A DNA stretch of 64,000 nt from a virus. Lineage: Duplodnaviria; Caudoviricetes. The notes beneath the pieces were generated by a model. It saw only the letters and a program-made list of their open reading frames with translations. It made no database searches and was not told the DNA's origin. A program made the translations under genes and the position numbers. The stretch spans positions 64,001-128,000 of IMG/VR virus record IMGVR_UViG_3300028833_000057; one strand, written 5' to 3'. Shown piece by piece: positions 8,849 to 18,418 of this stretch (the stretch's first letter is position 1; each line of letters begins with the position of its first letter).

Positions 8849-9847
8849 TTAAGATGCAAATTGTGCTAAGAGTCCTTCGCACTTAGCATCCTTAAGAGAT
8901 TCACCCGTCGGTTGATTCACCGGGATGAATTTACTGCGAAATCCAAATCTATAATAATTCTTATCTATGTTGCCTTCAATTACAGGAGTAGATAATATCT
9001 GCTGTACATCGTTAGCAAATAATGCTTGAGCATAGGGTCCTAGTCTGTGCTCAAATACTATATCATTCTTCACATGAGAATTCACTTTATAATATAAAAG
9101 TGAACTTTCATCCAACTCAATACTTTTATCATCTGTAACAAACTTAAAGGCATCATCAAGCAATCCAGCAAGTCTTTCAACTCGGTCAATAACCATCAGC
9201 TTACCTACTACTAAATTGTTGACGGCTAAGCTAAGTCTAGATTTTGCACAGTGTTTAAGATACCTTTTCCAAATAAGTTCACCCACAGACGTATCAGCAA
9301 GAATAGGTGCTACGTTAATAATATAGTCAAGCACCGAAACATCTGCGAGAATTATGTCTTTAACAAATTGACGAATCTCGCTGAACATTTCCAGACATAC
9401 TCCAAATGCATCTGGATTTTTCCATCCATAATTATCACTTGTAGTAAATAGGACTAATGTTTTTGCAGGATCTGTCTGAATATCTTCAGAAGCAGAGATA
9501 ATAAGCGCCGTTAAAGCTTCCCTATACTTAATGCACAGAGCAGCAAATAATACTTTCTCATATTCTTCGTGTTCTGAAGTAAATGTAACTACTTCATAGT
9601 TTTCACTATCAAGAATACCGTCATCGAACTTTTCCCTATACAAGATAACATTAGGGATAAATTCCAGCATACTCTTAAATACATGAATGAATGAACTTGC
9701 AATCTGTACATATGCGGTCATATTACCTTCAAAGGTATTATTATCGCTATACAGTTGGTTTCTAAGTGTGTTATAAAGAGGAGCAAAGTCGTTTGTTATA
9801 CGACTTGTAAGCTCATCTTCTTGTATTAAAACATTTACTACAGCCAT
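8849..9847 (-). CDS. uncharacterised protein inside the Ubl operon
   Basis: 332 aa, translationally coupled to E1 (TAATG overlap at 9847). Confidence 0.75.
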   Translation of the reverse strand: MAVVNVLIQEDELTSRITNDFAPLYNTLRNQLYSDNNTFEGNMTAYVQIASSFIHVFKSMLEFIPNVILYREKFDDGILDSENYEVVTFTSEHEEYEKVLFAALCIKYREALTALIISASEDIQTDPAKTLVLFTTSDNYGWKNPDAFGVCLEMFSEIRQFVKDIILADVSVLDYIINVAPILADTSVGELIWKRYLKHCAKSRLSLAVNNLVVGKLMVIDRVERLAGLLDDAFKFVTDDKSIELDESSLLYYKVNSHVKNDIVFEHRLGPYAQALFANDVQQILSTPVIEGNIDKNYYRFGFRSKFIPVNQPTGESLKDAKCEGLLAQFAS

Positions 9848-10560
9848 TATACCTCCACAATAGCTTCATTGATAACTTCTTCGAGGTTAATAATGATCTT
9901 AGTGGTTTTCTTGATCTTTCTACCCTCACCGCAGATCCAAGAAGCAGGGAACTTCTTAAGAATTCCAGCAAGGATTTCGCAGACCATTGCAGGCGGTATA
10001 TAGAAGCTTGGTGTAACTTCATAGCCAGACTGAACATTTACAGAAAGTGTCTTCCATACGCCTTCAGTCGGGTTAAAAGTGATACACATGATATTACCAC
10101 CGTTGTAAGACAGTTTCATATCAATCTGTTCGAACATAACACCTGCATCAAGTACGTCACGACAGTCAATGACAATCGTTTTATTACGCATTCTTGCATC
10201 TGAATATGTACTAGGTGTTTTAAATACCGCCTGTACATTATCAGGTTGTGTTCCTTCATCAGCAGCTTCGTTAAGCGGTTCTGCAATCAATTCATCAAAA
10301 TTACTTACTCTTTCTTTCTTTGTAGAAACACGAGTTTCCATCGTTCTTTTACAAAGTTCTTTAATCACATCTACTTTATACTTGTTAATGGAGCTAATAG
10401 GAACAGGAATTCTGTTCATATTAGAAATCTCCATAATGTCATCATCCATGATATACATGGCTGTATTTCTATCAATAATTTCGTCGAGCATTCCAATGGA
10501 AAGAGGAATATTACCACCAATTCCACCTGCTCCGAGTACTACGATTCGCTTGATATCCAT
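9847..10560 (-). CDS. ThiF/MoeB/E1-like adenylyltransferase
   Basis: IVVLGAGGIGG nucleotide-binding loop, DDDIMEISNMNR, KYKVD, IVIDCRD. Confidence 0.9.
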   Translation of the reverse strand: MDIKRIVVLGAGGIGGNIPLSIGMLDEIIDRNTAMYIMDDDIMEISNMNRIPVPISSINKYKVDVIKELCKRTMETRVSTKKERVSNFDELIAEPLNEAADEGTQPDNVQAVFKTPSTYSDARMRNKTIVIDCRDVLDAGVMFEQIDMKLSYNGGNIMCITFNPTEGVWKTLSVNVQSGYEVTPSFYIPPAMVCEILAGILKKFPASWICGEGRKIKKTTKIIINLEEVINEAIVEV

Positions 10561-10564
10561 AGGA

Positions 10565-11401
10565 TCATCCTAAGTAAGAATGTGGTTTAAACATATCTTT
10601 CCTTCCGTAAATACTTCCTTCAGGAGAGAAATGGAATTCATCGCCATTATTATTGTAAAATTTTCTATTTTCAGAATATGCAGATGTCATGTTGACACCT
10701 TCCATCAAGGTAATAATATCTGATATGTGCAACTTGTTAAGGATAGTAGATCCAGCAAGAGTACCCATACAGATCTTTCCACTTTCGTATGCCACATTAG
10801 GATGCTTCAAGATATGATCACCCTGTTCATCCCAGTATGCATATGCTACAAAACTCATATTTTCAAGTTTGCTAGCAGAACCTGTAGAGACACGAATACC
10901 AACACTACGCATAGTGTGTTCTTTATCTTTACGAATTCCTTTAGGGCCGTCAAATATGCAATCAAACAATTGTGCATGATTACGGTCATCTAAAGATGCA
11001 TAGATACGCTTCCAGTGTACAGGATGCCTTAGCGTGAATACCAAGAAATCTGAAGCTTTTCTAATAATCTTAATGACTGGACACTTTGTATCAGAAGCTG
11101 CCCATTCATTATATTCTGCAATATCCGCATCATTAAATGCCCTGATGCCACTGTTATGGCCACCATTATTATTGCTATTTTGAATACGTTCTCGCATAAT
11201 TCTAGGAACAATATGCCCTAGAGCCTTATGCTGCTTTTCAGCCATAGATTCACAAGATATCAGAAATGGCCCACTACTTATAGACACTGATCCATAAATT
11301 TCGTTGCCATCAACTTCATTTCTAAATGTTCCACAATCTTCACGATTATTATTCGTGTCTATTGCAGAACTAAATTGGGATAAAAAGTCTCTAATTTCCA
11401 T
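10565..11401 (-). CDS. E2/UBC-fold ubiquitin-conjugating-like enzyme
   Basis: HPNVAYESGKICMG matches the HPN...GxIC active-site motif, followed by 'LMEGVNMTSAY'; likely start MEIRDF at 11401 with GAGGAG RBS. Confidence 0.78.
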   Translation of the reverse strand: MEIRDFLSQFSSAIDTNNNREDCGTFRNEVDGNEIYGSVSISSGPFLISCESMAEKQHKALGHIVPRIMRERIQNSNNNGGHNSGIRAFNDADIAEYNEWAASDTKCPVIKIIRKASDFLVFTLRHPVHWKRIYASLDDRNHAQLFDCIFDGPKGIRKDKEHTMRSVGIRVSTGSASKLENMSFVAYAYWDEQGDHILKHPNVAYESGKICMGTLAGSTILNKLHISDIITLMEGVNMTSAYSENRKFYNNNGDEFHFSPEGSIYGRKDMFKPHSYLG

Positions 11402-12020
11402 CGTCAAGGATCTCCTCAACAGTTGTTTCAAAGTCTTTATACCTACTAAAATACGGCATAAGATTCTCCATAATGTTGGTGGTGACACCCATCTTAAAGA
11501 GTTCATAAGAGAGCATGGTATTATTATCATGACGAATATTTCTATTCACAATGAAATACACCATAAGCAAATCTCTAATATACGATCTTATGCTTACAAC
11601 ATTATCTTCTTCTGGAAGTTTTACATGTTTCGGGTCATTACAAAAGTGAATACCACTTTTAAGGAAAGTGTAATATTCTTTGTATACCGGGATCTTGGAT
11701 TGATTCCAAAATTCTTCAGCACGATCTTCTGGAATAATAATTACGTCACCAGAAAATTTCCGGTCTGCAGCGTAATGTTTAAAGTCTGGGCGTAGATCTG
11801 CAAGATTATACTCCATTCCACGAGCATAGATCTTATTCATCTCCACAAAATCTTTTTCTACAAGATTAATATTTTCTTCATTAATAATTCTAATTAATTT
11901 CTTAACCCCAACCATTACCAATGGAAGAAGGAAACGATGTCCGGATGTCTGAAGATACGATACAGAATCCGGAATTTCTATGCCAGGACATCTGTCCTGT
12001 CTGTCGTTAACGGAAATCAT
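11391..12020 (-). CDS. uncharacterised first gene of the Ubl operon
   Basis: 209 aa, AAGGAG RBS, overlaps the E2 start. Confidence 0.75.
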   Translation of the reverse strand: MISVNDRQDRCPGIEIPDSVSYLQTSGHRFLLPLVMVGVKKLIRIINEENINLVEKDFVEMNKIYARGMEYNLADLRPDFKHYAADRKFSGDVIIIPEDRAEEFWNQSKIPVYKEYYTFLKSGIHFCNDPKHVKLPEEDNVVSIRSYIRDLLMVYFIVNRNIRHDNNTMLSYELFKMGVTTNIMENLMPYFSRYKDFETTVEEILDDGN

Positions 12021-12049
12021 TTTGATTTCTCCTTTATAAGATACATGTT

Positions 12050-12057
12050 TTAATATA
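12050..12057 (-). promoter_or_regulatory. early-type promoter TATATTAA driving the Ubl operon
   Basis: Same motif as before most small accessory genes; similar to phiKZ/AR9 early (virion RNAP) motifs. Confidence 0.6.
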
Positions 12058-12109
12058 ATGATGATATTATCATAATATGGAACTTCTGAATGTAAGTAGG
12101 AGAATACCT

Positions 12110-12961
12110 ATGTCAAATTTTGTAGATAAGAAATTTAACTCTTTTGAGTCTTACCTTAGAAAGAATTTTAAAAGCGAATGTAAAAAATTTGAAGAATTTT
12201 CTAGAGTTTTTGCCGTAGATTATAATGCATTTTTTGCTTTTTACCTGAAAATACTTTTAGAAAAATTAGAAAATATAAAACAGAAATCTAAACCTGCAGT
12301 ATCAGAATCTGTGCCTAGAAAACTCAGACCTGGTACAAGATCATCTATACCATATCCAAAAGATGGCCTAGCTGCAATAAAATCTGGAACTATTCCTGAT
12401 TTAAATCTTCATGAAATGATAAAGAATTCTTTAAAGGTTGCCATTGATGAATTTTATAGTGCTATACATAAAGATAAAGATCTTATAAAAGAATTAGAAG
12501 AGAAGGATACTGATGTTGTAAAACTAGATGAATTGTATAACATAGTAACCAAACCTAAAGATAATGTAATTATTCCAACGGTTATATCTAAACCGTTTAA
12601 TATACTAGATTATCTAAAAGAAGATGATGCAAAATTTATTTATCCTGAAATAAGACAACATATGGAAGCTATTCATAATGATGTCGTTGTTGTCTTATTA
12701 ACAAAAGAAGGCATAACATTTGAAGATGCAATTATACAATATGGGATACTCCCGGTAATGTATACCGATCCGTATATTCCAAAAAAGTATATATTTGATT
12801 TTAATAATGGTTACGGCGTTGGGCTTAGAATTAGTGATCCAGAGAAATATGAAATATTAATGGCTTATGTGCTAGTGTTTTGTGAGCTTCATAGTGAGTA
12901 TGAGTATAAACGCTTCGACGATCAGCAACTTGTCCTAATAGTAAAGCATACATCAACTTAG
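12110..12961 (+). CDS. hypothetical late protein
   Basis: Likely start MSNF (AGGAG RBS) after AACT-TCTGAA-TG at 12081-12092. Confidence 0.65.
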   Translation: MSNFVDKKFNSFESYLRKNFKSECKKFEEFSRVFAVDYNAFFAFYLKILLEKLENIKQKSKPAVSESVPRKLRPGTRSSIPYPKDGLAAIKSGTIPDLNLHEMIKNSLKVAIDEFYSAIHKDKDLIKELEEKDTDVVKLDELYNIVTKPKDNVIIPTVISKPFNILDYLKEDDAKFIYPEIRQHMEAIHNDVVVVLLTKEGITFEDAIIQYGILPVMYTDPYIPKKYIFDFNNGYGVGLRISDPEKYEILMAYVLVFCELHSEYEYKRFDDQQLVLIVKHTST

Positions 12962-13014
12962 TGGATATTTTACATATCTAACCATATATTGAAACCACCA
13001 ACAAAGAAACTACT

Positions 13015-13512
13015 ATGAAAACACTAAGTATTAAAGATCTTGTGAGGATGACGACCAAAGATGATAAAGATTATATGAATTATGTACAGTCTATTCGTAG
13101 AAACATGATTACATATTTTAATCAGTCAAAATTGGTTAGTCTCTTTATATCTATTATTGATGAATGCCCATTCATTGATTTCAATACACCAAGAGATAGG
13201 CGTATTACTAACAGAAATCTTCCTTCATACAAAGTAAAGATTTTGTATGATAAAGTACCTGAATCAGTTCGAGTATTAATTGGAAAAAATAAGATTTCTG
13301 ACGCTAAATCTAAGATTTGTCATGAAGGTTTAATTACTCCTTATGTGACAAAGATGTATGAGATTATTCGTGATAAGAATATGGAATATCTAAAGGAAGA
13401 AATTCCTGATAATTCTGAAATTAAAGATATTGTAGATATTATGACTACTTTATTTATAATTAATACAACGGATGAATTAGATAGTCCAATTTTCGTTAGA
13501 CCTTTTATTTAA
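13015..13512 (+). CDS. hypothetical protein
   Basis: 165-aa ORF followed by a hairpin and T-run. Confidence 0.65.
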   Translation: MKTLSIKDLVRMTTKDDKDYMNYVQSIRRNMITYFNQSKLVSLFISIIDECPFIDFNTPRDRRITNRNLPSYKVKILYDKVPESVRVLIGKNKISDAKSKICHEGLITPYVTKMYEIIRDKNMEYLKEEIPDNSEIKDIVDIMTTLFIINTTDELDSPIFVRPFI

Positions 13513-13614
13513 TTCCTTGCAATTAAACCTAGATGCTATAAGCATCTAGGTTTTTTTTCGTAGTTTTGGAATATCCGCGATTATATTAAATAGTAGCATA
13601 CAAAGGAGTACTCT

Positions 13615-14112
13615 ATGGATAATCCATATGAAAGAAAATTCATCCTTGAGGAAAAAGAAGCATTGAAGTTGTTGGACAGCATCCATTTGGAAAAAGCTGT
13701 TGACATTCAGCAATTTTTCCATGATGGATGGAAGTACCGTCATGGCAATGAGCATTATTTCGCAGATAATACATATAGGAACTATTACCAGCGTTACATG
13801 CGCTATACTGATTCTAATGGAAACTTTAAGGTTTCTGTAGAAGATGTAGATGCTACGGAATGGAACAAGCTTATAGAAAATCAACCTATTATCCACAAAA
13901 TACGGACTTGTGGGTCATTTGAGGGTTTTGATTATGATATTGATCAGTTCCTAAAACCTGCAAAGGGATTGATTATGGTAGAAGTTACAACCTCTAAGGA
14001 AAAGCTTATTTATAGCTATAATCCTATCTTTAAATGTAAAGAGGTTACCGGAGATAGTGCCTTCAGTAATGAAAATATTATTAAAGGCTCGCTAGATTAT
14101 AAAGAATGGTAG
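13615..14112 (+). CDS. CYTH (triphosphate tunnel metalloenzyme)-like protein
   Basis: N-terminal ERKF, 'IHKIR', 'DIDQF', 'LIMVEV', 'EVTGDSAFSNENI'. Confidence 0.75.
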   Translation: MDNPYERKFILEEKEALKLLDSIHLEKAVDIQQFFHDGWKYRHGNEHYFADNTYRNYYQRYMRYTDSNGNFKVSVEDVDATEWNKLIENQPIIHKIRTCGSFEGFDYDIDQFLKPAKGLIMVEVTTSKEKLIYSYNPIFKCKEVTGDSAFSNENIIKGSLDYKEW

Positions 14113-14170
14113 TACCATTCTTTTTTTTTTCGTAAAATTTCTATGACCCTTGATATTCTTTGGGTAGTAA

Positions 14171-14206
14171 AAATAAAGCGTGGCAAAAGCACGCTTTATT
14201 TTTTTT
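14171..14206. terminator. bidirectional intrinsic terminator
   Basis: AAATAAAGCGTG/CACGCTTTATTT stem flanked by A/T runs. Confidence 0.75.
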
Positions 14207-14928
14207 TAGTTCCAGTCAACCCATATCTTACGACGGTTGACACTAAGATGCATACTATTACGAATCTTCTCAAGAAGTTCAGTACGCTTAGATTCAGCCT
14301 CTTCAAATGTTCCAAGGCTTAGTTCTATATCAGACATACTTGTATTAATATTTGAGAATACACGCCTAAATCCAAGAATATCTAATTTTACATCACAGAG
14401 ACAAAGTTGTTTAATAATCTCTAATAGACCTGGATGAAATTCTTGGAAATCACTATGAGATACCTTTAATTTAACACAGATCTTTCGACCCATTCCAATA
14501 GCAGGATTAGGCATAATCCTAACCTTATTAGGTGGAACTATTTCTATAGTCGTAGGCACTCTAGTATAGTCCATAATTTCTTTCTGCATAAATGTCAAAA
14601 GATATTCAAAAGGACATACCGAGTATGTACGGTCATAGAATGTATCACCAGTACCTAGACCATTCAAAGACACGATCATTTCGGCACCAAGAAGCTGTGT
14701 AGGAGTATTAATATAGTATAAGCCCTGATCCTTTCCAACCTGATCTTTATCAATATCAATAATGTAATAAATAAATTTAGGGAAATATAAACTTAGAGTC
14801 TTTAGCGATTCATCTTTAATAACTTTAGCGATTGCATCATTATCAAGCTCAAGATCTCTACATGCAGCACCTAGACGTGCCTTAATATGGTTTACAAGAT
14901 AAGAAGTACTTAACCAAGCTTCTGCCAT
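14206..14928 (-). CDS. putative neck/head-tail connector protein (T4 gp13-like)
   Basis: 'IKARLGAACRDLELD...LKTLSLYFP' N-terminus and 'EEAESKRTELLEK' C-terminus resemble neck proteins; likely start MAEAWL. Confidence 0.55.
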   Translation of the reverse strand: MAEAWLSTSYLVNHIKARLGAACRDLELDNDAIAKVIKDESLKTLSLYFPKFIYYIIDIDKDQVGKDQGLYYINTPTQLLGAEMIVSLNGLGTGDTFYDRTYSVCPFEYLLTFMQKEIMDYTRVPTTIEIVPPNKVRIMPNPAIGMGRKICVKLKVSHSDFQEFHPGLLEIIKQLCLCDVKLDILGFRRVFSNINTSMSDIELSLGTFEEAESKRTELLEKIRNSMHLSVNRRKIWVDWN

Positions 14929-15011
14929 AATAACCTCATTATAGTATAACAAATTTATTGTTTTCCATATACAAATTCTGAAAAAAAAAATACCAAGCAA
15001 AGTTGGTATTT

Positions 15012-15662
15012 TTATTTTTCCTCATATTCTATCCAATGGTAATTATTTGCAAATAATACATCATAAACTACATCGAATATAGTTAATATACGACGTAAAT
15101 TTGCATCAATTATATGATTAAACTTAGTGTATGTTAGTGGTATATGTTCTTCATAATCATCAACATCATACCGATCTAATGTAGTACTTAGATTTATGCC
15201 TATCTTTTTTAATTCTTTATTTGGATACTGTTTTACTACACATATACTAGGATTATAGCCTCTATATGCATCAATATATGGAAAATCGGTAATTTGTCTT
15301 AAAGGCAACGGTGATGATACCATACACAAATATTGATAATGATCAATATCATAAGCATCCAGTGGTGGTGTTCTACTATAAGCTCGAAGCAAGCATTCAT
15401 TCCATCCAGTACTAGGTAGTGCCCATACTTGGCTTGCTAATATCTTTTCATCTGTATTACTCATATAATTTATATAACCTTGTACGACTTTTATGTATAA
15501 ACCCTTCTCAGGACATTTATAGTATATTGCATCGTCATCAGAAAAAGATCGTCCTTTACTACAGAAAGGGCCATTAGTTAACTCATAAAGAGCTTTGTAT
15601 AATCTATCATTTGCCCGTTTTTGTTCTATAGCTTCTATATTAGATAGTCCAATTCTACACAT
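15012..15662 (-). CDS. hypothetical protein
   Basis: 216 aa, GAGGT RBS, divergent early promoter at 15678-15685. Confidence 0.7.
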   Translation of the reverse strand: MCRIGLSNIEAIEQKRANDRLYKALYELTNGPFCSKGRSFSDDDAIYYKCPEKGLYIKVVQGYINYMSNTDEKILASQVWALPSTGWNECLLRAYSRTPPLDAYDIDHYQYLCMVSSPLPLRQITDFPYIDAYRGYNPSICVVKQYPNKELKKIGINLSTTLDRYDVDDYEEHIPLTYTKFNHIIDANLRRILTIFDVVYDVLFANNYHWIEYEEK

Positions 15663-15677
15663 TTTTTACCTCTTTTC

Positions 15678-15696
15678 TTAATATAATTATATTAAA
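15678..15696. promoter_or_regulatory. back-to-back early promoters (TTAATATA / TATATTAAA)
   Basis: Two inverted copies of the motif between divergent genes. Confidence 0.55.
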
Positions 15697-15709
15697 ATAA
15701 GAGGATATT

Positions 15710-16300
15710 ATGGACAATAGAACCTGTGCTTTAATGAATATAATCTTAGCTAGAAAACGATTAATGGATGCAAACGCAAAAACTAATGTTGATATGGATA
15801 TAAATTATATTTCAAGACGAGATTTTAATAGTTATGCGGATGATATTATAATATGTAATTTTGATCTAACATTTCGTTTTACCGATAAAGGTTTTAATGA
15901 GTATTATTTCAAGAATGCATTTCCATGTGAAAAAGTTTTTGAAAGTATAAAGAATGAATATGCAGCTGGAAGAATTCCTAATGATTTGTGGTTAATAAAT
16001 CTTCGTGTAGGATTGCCTAAAAAGATTTTTCCATCAGAATCATCTATGGAACATGATTTTATTAATCAGATAATAGATAATAATCCTTTAGTAACTATTC
16101 AGCTTATGGATATAGAAAAATTCTATGCATGGATACCTAAAGAATTTGAAAAGTTTATAGGAAAAACTGAAACTGAGGAAGACAATCTTTATGCTGCTAT
16201 GACATGGAAATATTTTCCTGCAATTTCAGATGATAACATTACAAGATCAATTTACTTAATGAACACATTTGCAAAATGTAAAGACTATGTAAATAGGTAG
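15710..16300 (+). CDS. hypothetical protein
   Basis: 196 aa, GAGGA RBS. Confidence 0.7.
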   Translation: MDNRTCALMNIILARKRLMDANAKTNVDMDINYISRRDFNSYADDIIICNFDLTFRFTDKGFNEYYFKNAFPCEKVFESIKNEYAAGRIPNDLWLINLRVGLPKKIFPSESSMEHDFINQIIDNNPLVTIQLMDIEKFYAWIPKEFEKFIGKTETEEDNLYAAMTWKYFPAISDDNITRSIYLMNTFAKCKDYVNR

Positions 16301-16303
16301 AGT

Positions 16304-16927
16304 ATGGCTATTCCTAAATCTGAGTTAGAATATAGGACTGAACCAGATATTAATTTAAAATATGTAAACGATCTTCTGCTTAGGCTCTTAATATTATTTC
16401 GAAAATATTATCCACATGACCAATATGGAGAGAAAATACTATTTGATATAGTACCTACTTATCATGGAGATGCTAATAACTTTGAAATATCCATACGAAC
16501 AGAATCTGAAGAATTTGCAAGAAAGTTCTATAAAAGATTATTACCAAAGATAGATATTCCACAACATTTCACATGTTCTAATTGGTTTATAATTGGTATT
16601 AATTTTGAAGTAAGAGGTTATCAATTACCATATTGGAATGATACCTCTCATTTGAGAAGAAGAATTCTAGAAAATATTATACCACTTATATCTCATGCTG
16701 AAGTAAGTAGAGTAGCATGTTATTTACCAAGATTTATAGATAGTGCAGCTTTTATTAATGAAAACTATTCAGCTAACTTTAAAGTCAAAGAATTTGAATG
16801 GTTAAGTTTTAATTATAAATACATTATTGCAGGAGCGATTGGTCCATATTTGGGAGCAATTTCTATGCATGTATATGTAGATGAGTTAGAAAAATATATG
16901 AAAGAATTATTGAAAAATAAAGGCTAA
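16304..16927 (+). CDS. hypothetical protein
   Basis: 207 aa, coupled to the previous gene. Confidence 0.7.
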   Translation: MAIPKSELEYRTEPDINLKYVNDLLLRLLILFRKYYPHDQYGEKILFDIVPTYHGDANNFEISIRTESEEFARKFYKRLLPKIDIPQHFTCSNWFIIGINFEVRGYQLPYWNDTSHLRRRILENIIPLISHAEVSRVACYLPRFIDSAAFINENYSANFKVKEFEWLSFNYKYIIAGAIGPYLGAISMHVYVDELEKYMKELLKNKG

Positions 16928-17037
16928 TTAGCCTTTATTTTTTCTATGTTCCGTAAAATTTCTAAGATCCATATTATATTAAATCGTGAAGTAAGACACA
17001 ATAAAGACAATTCAGTCTTATTGATTCTACTTGCAGT

Positions 17038-17493
17038 GTGGTAACTGCACGTCTTACTCAAGGAGCTATCATGTATATGGCAACTGATAAACCCTTTACG
17101 CATTCCCAAGATGCAGTTCTTGCTGAGCGTTTTGAGAATTATCTTAACAACAACACTGAAATGACAGAGAACGATAAATTCGCCTTTCGTGAATATGTTA
17201 CATATAAGTCACTCCATGACTGTTATGCACCGCATGTTACAACTGAAATGAAGTATCATTCTGTGGCACAAGGTCTGGGTTGTCTCCTAATGAACGGCAG
17301 TCTTTACGATCATAGTCATGAAGACTATACTCACTACGATAAGTATATCCGTGAAATTAAGGAATTGTTTAAAGATGTTGTGCAGATTAAAGCTATTTGT
17401 ACGTTATTTTTAAATCCCAACCGCAGTGAAAAAGATACATTCTATAAAATCCGTGACTTAACTTGGGCTAGTTGTGCAGACTGGGCAAAGTAG
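17038..17493 (+). CDS. hypothetical early protein
   Basis: Promoter TATATTAAA at 16975-16983; true start probably 17071 (AAGGAG RBS). Confidence 0.7.
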   Translation: MVTARLTQGAIMYMATDKPFTHSQDAVLAERFENYLNNNTEMTENDKFAFREYVTYKSLHDCYAPHVTTEMKYHSVAQGLGCLLMNGSLYDHSHEDYTHYDKYIREIKELFKDVVQIKAICTLFLNPNRSEKDTFYKIRDLTWASCADWAK

Positions 17494-17616
17494 CATCAAG
17501 GCTAAATTAAAAGAATTGCTCATCTTCTAGATGGGCGTTCTTTTTTTCTATGATCCCTCATATAATTGACAAAGTATATATAAACTTTCCATTGAAATTA
17601 AATAAGGAAAGTTTAT

Positions 17617-18384
17617 ATGCCATCTTCTCAAGCTGAAATATTTTTGATTAATACTTCTGCTAGTCAGGCTAAACCTTCGATTATTAGACAAACTGATAAA
17701 GAAATTGAGTTTAGAACAATCTGGCAGCATGGTAATGTATTAAACCGTAATAATAAGATTTATCCATCTGACATTATTTGGAACGCTGCGCAACAGGCTC
17801 CTATTCAGGAACAGCTAAAGCGTAGATGCTGGTATGGTGAAGCTAACCATCCGATGAGTCCTTCTATTGAAAGACAGTTGTATACTGATATGCATAATGT
17901 CTCTCATACAATTTTATCTTTTGAAAGAGAAGGCGATATCTTTAAAGGTAATGCTCTTACTTTTGGTTCTGCTATGGGGCCATCTATGTATGCTGCTATT
18001 GATCAGGGTGGCATTATTAGCTTCTCTCTTCGTGGTTTGCATAAGTTAGTTAGAGATCCTAATGACCAACGTAGAATGTTAGTTAAAGATCTCCGCATTT
18101 TTTGCTATGATTGGGTCACATTCCCGTCTCATGAAGATGCACATATGATCCCAGCTAATGAATCTGCTAAGATCTTTGAAAAGAGAATTCCTAAGGAACT
18201 CATTAATACCGTGATGGCTAGTGAAAATGCTGGTATTCTTGAACAGTATGAAGACTTCCTTGATGAAGAAATTAAGGATACTTCTATTGAAGATAATAGC
18301 TTAATTCTAAAGTCTGCTCATAATACTTTGAATATTAAGCTAAAGAATAGAATTACTAAAGATATTCTTAATGAATTTTTCTAA
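17617..18384 (+). CDS. prohead core/maturation protease (T4 gp21-like fold)
   Basis: NRNNKIYP, WYGEANHP, NVSH, FSLRG, YDWVTFPSH motifs; late promoter AACT-TTCCAT-TG at 17583-17594. Confidence 0.85.
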   Translation: MPSSQAEIFLINTSASQAKPSIIRQTDKEIEFRTIWQHGNVLNRNNKIYPSDIIWNAAQQAPIQEQLKRRCWYGEANHPMSPSIERQLYTDMHNVSHTILSFEREGDIFKGNALTFGSAMGPSMYAAIDQGGIISFSLRGLHKLVRDPNDQRRMLVKDLRIFCYDWVTFPSHEDAHMIPANESAKIFEKRIPKELINTVMASENAGILEQYEDFLDEEIKDTSIEDNSLILKSAHNTLNIKLKNRITKDILNEFF

Positions 18385-18418
18385 AAAAAAAAGACCATGC
18401 AAAAGCATGGTCTTGTTA

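Noticed and set aside
8313-10560. ThiF + ThiS as a thiamine/molybdopterin sulfur-relay pair
   Set aside because: No GG terminus, no thiG/moaE or similar genes, and an E2-like gene is coupled.
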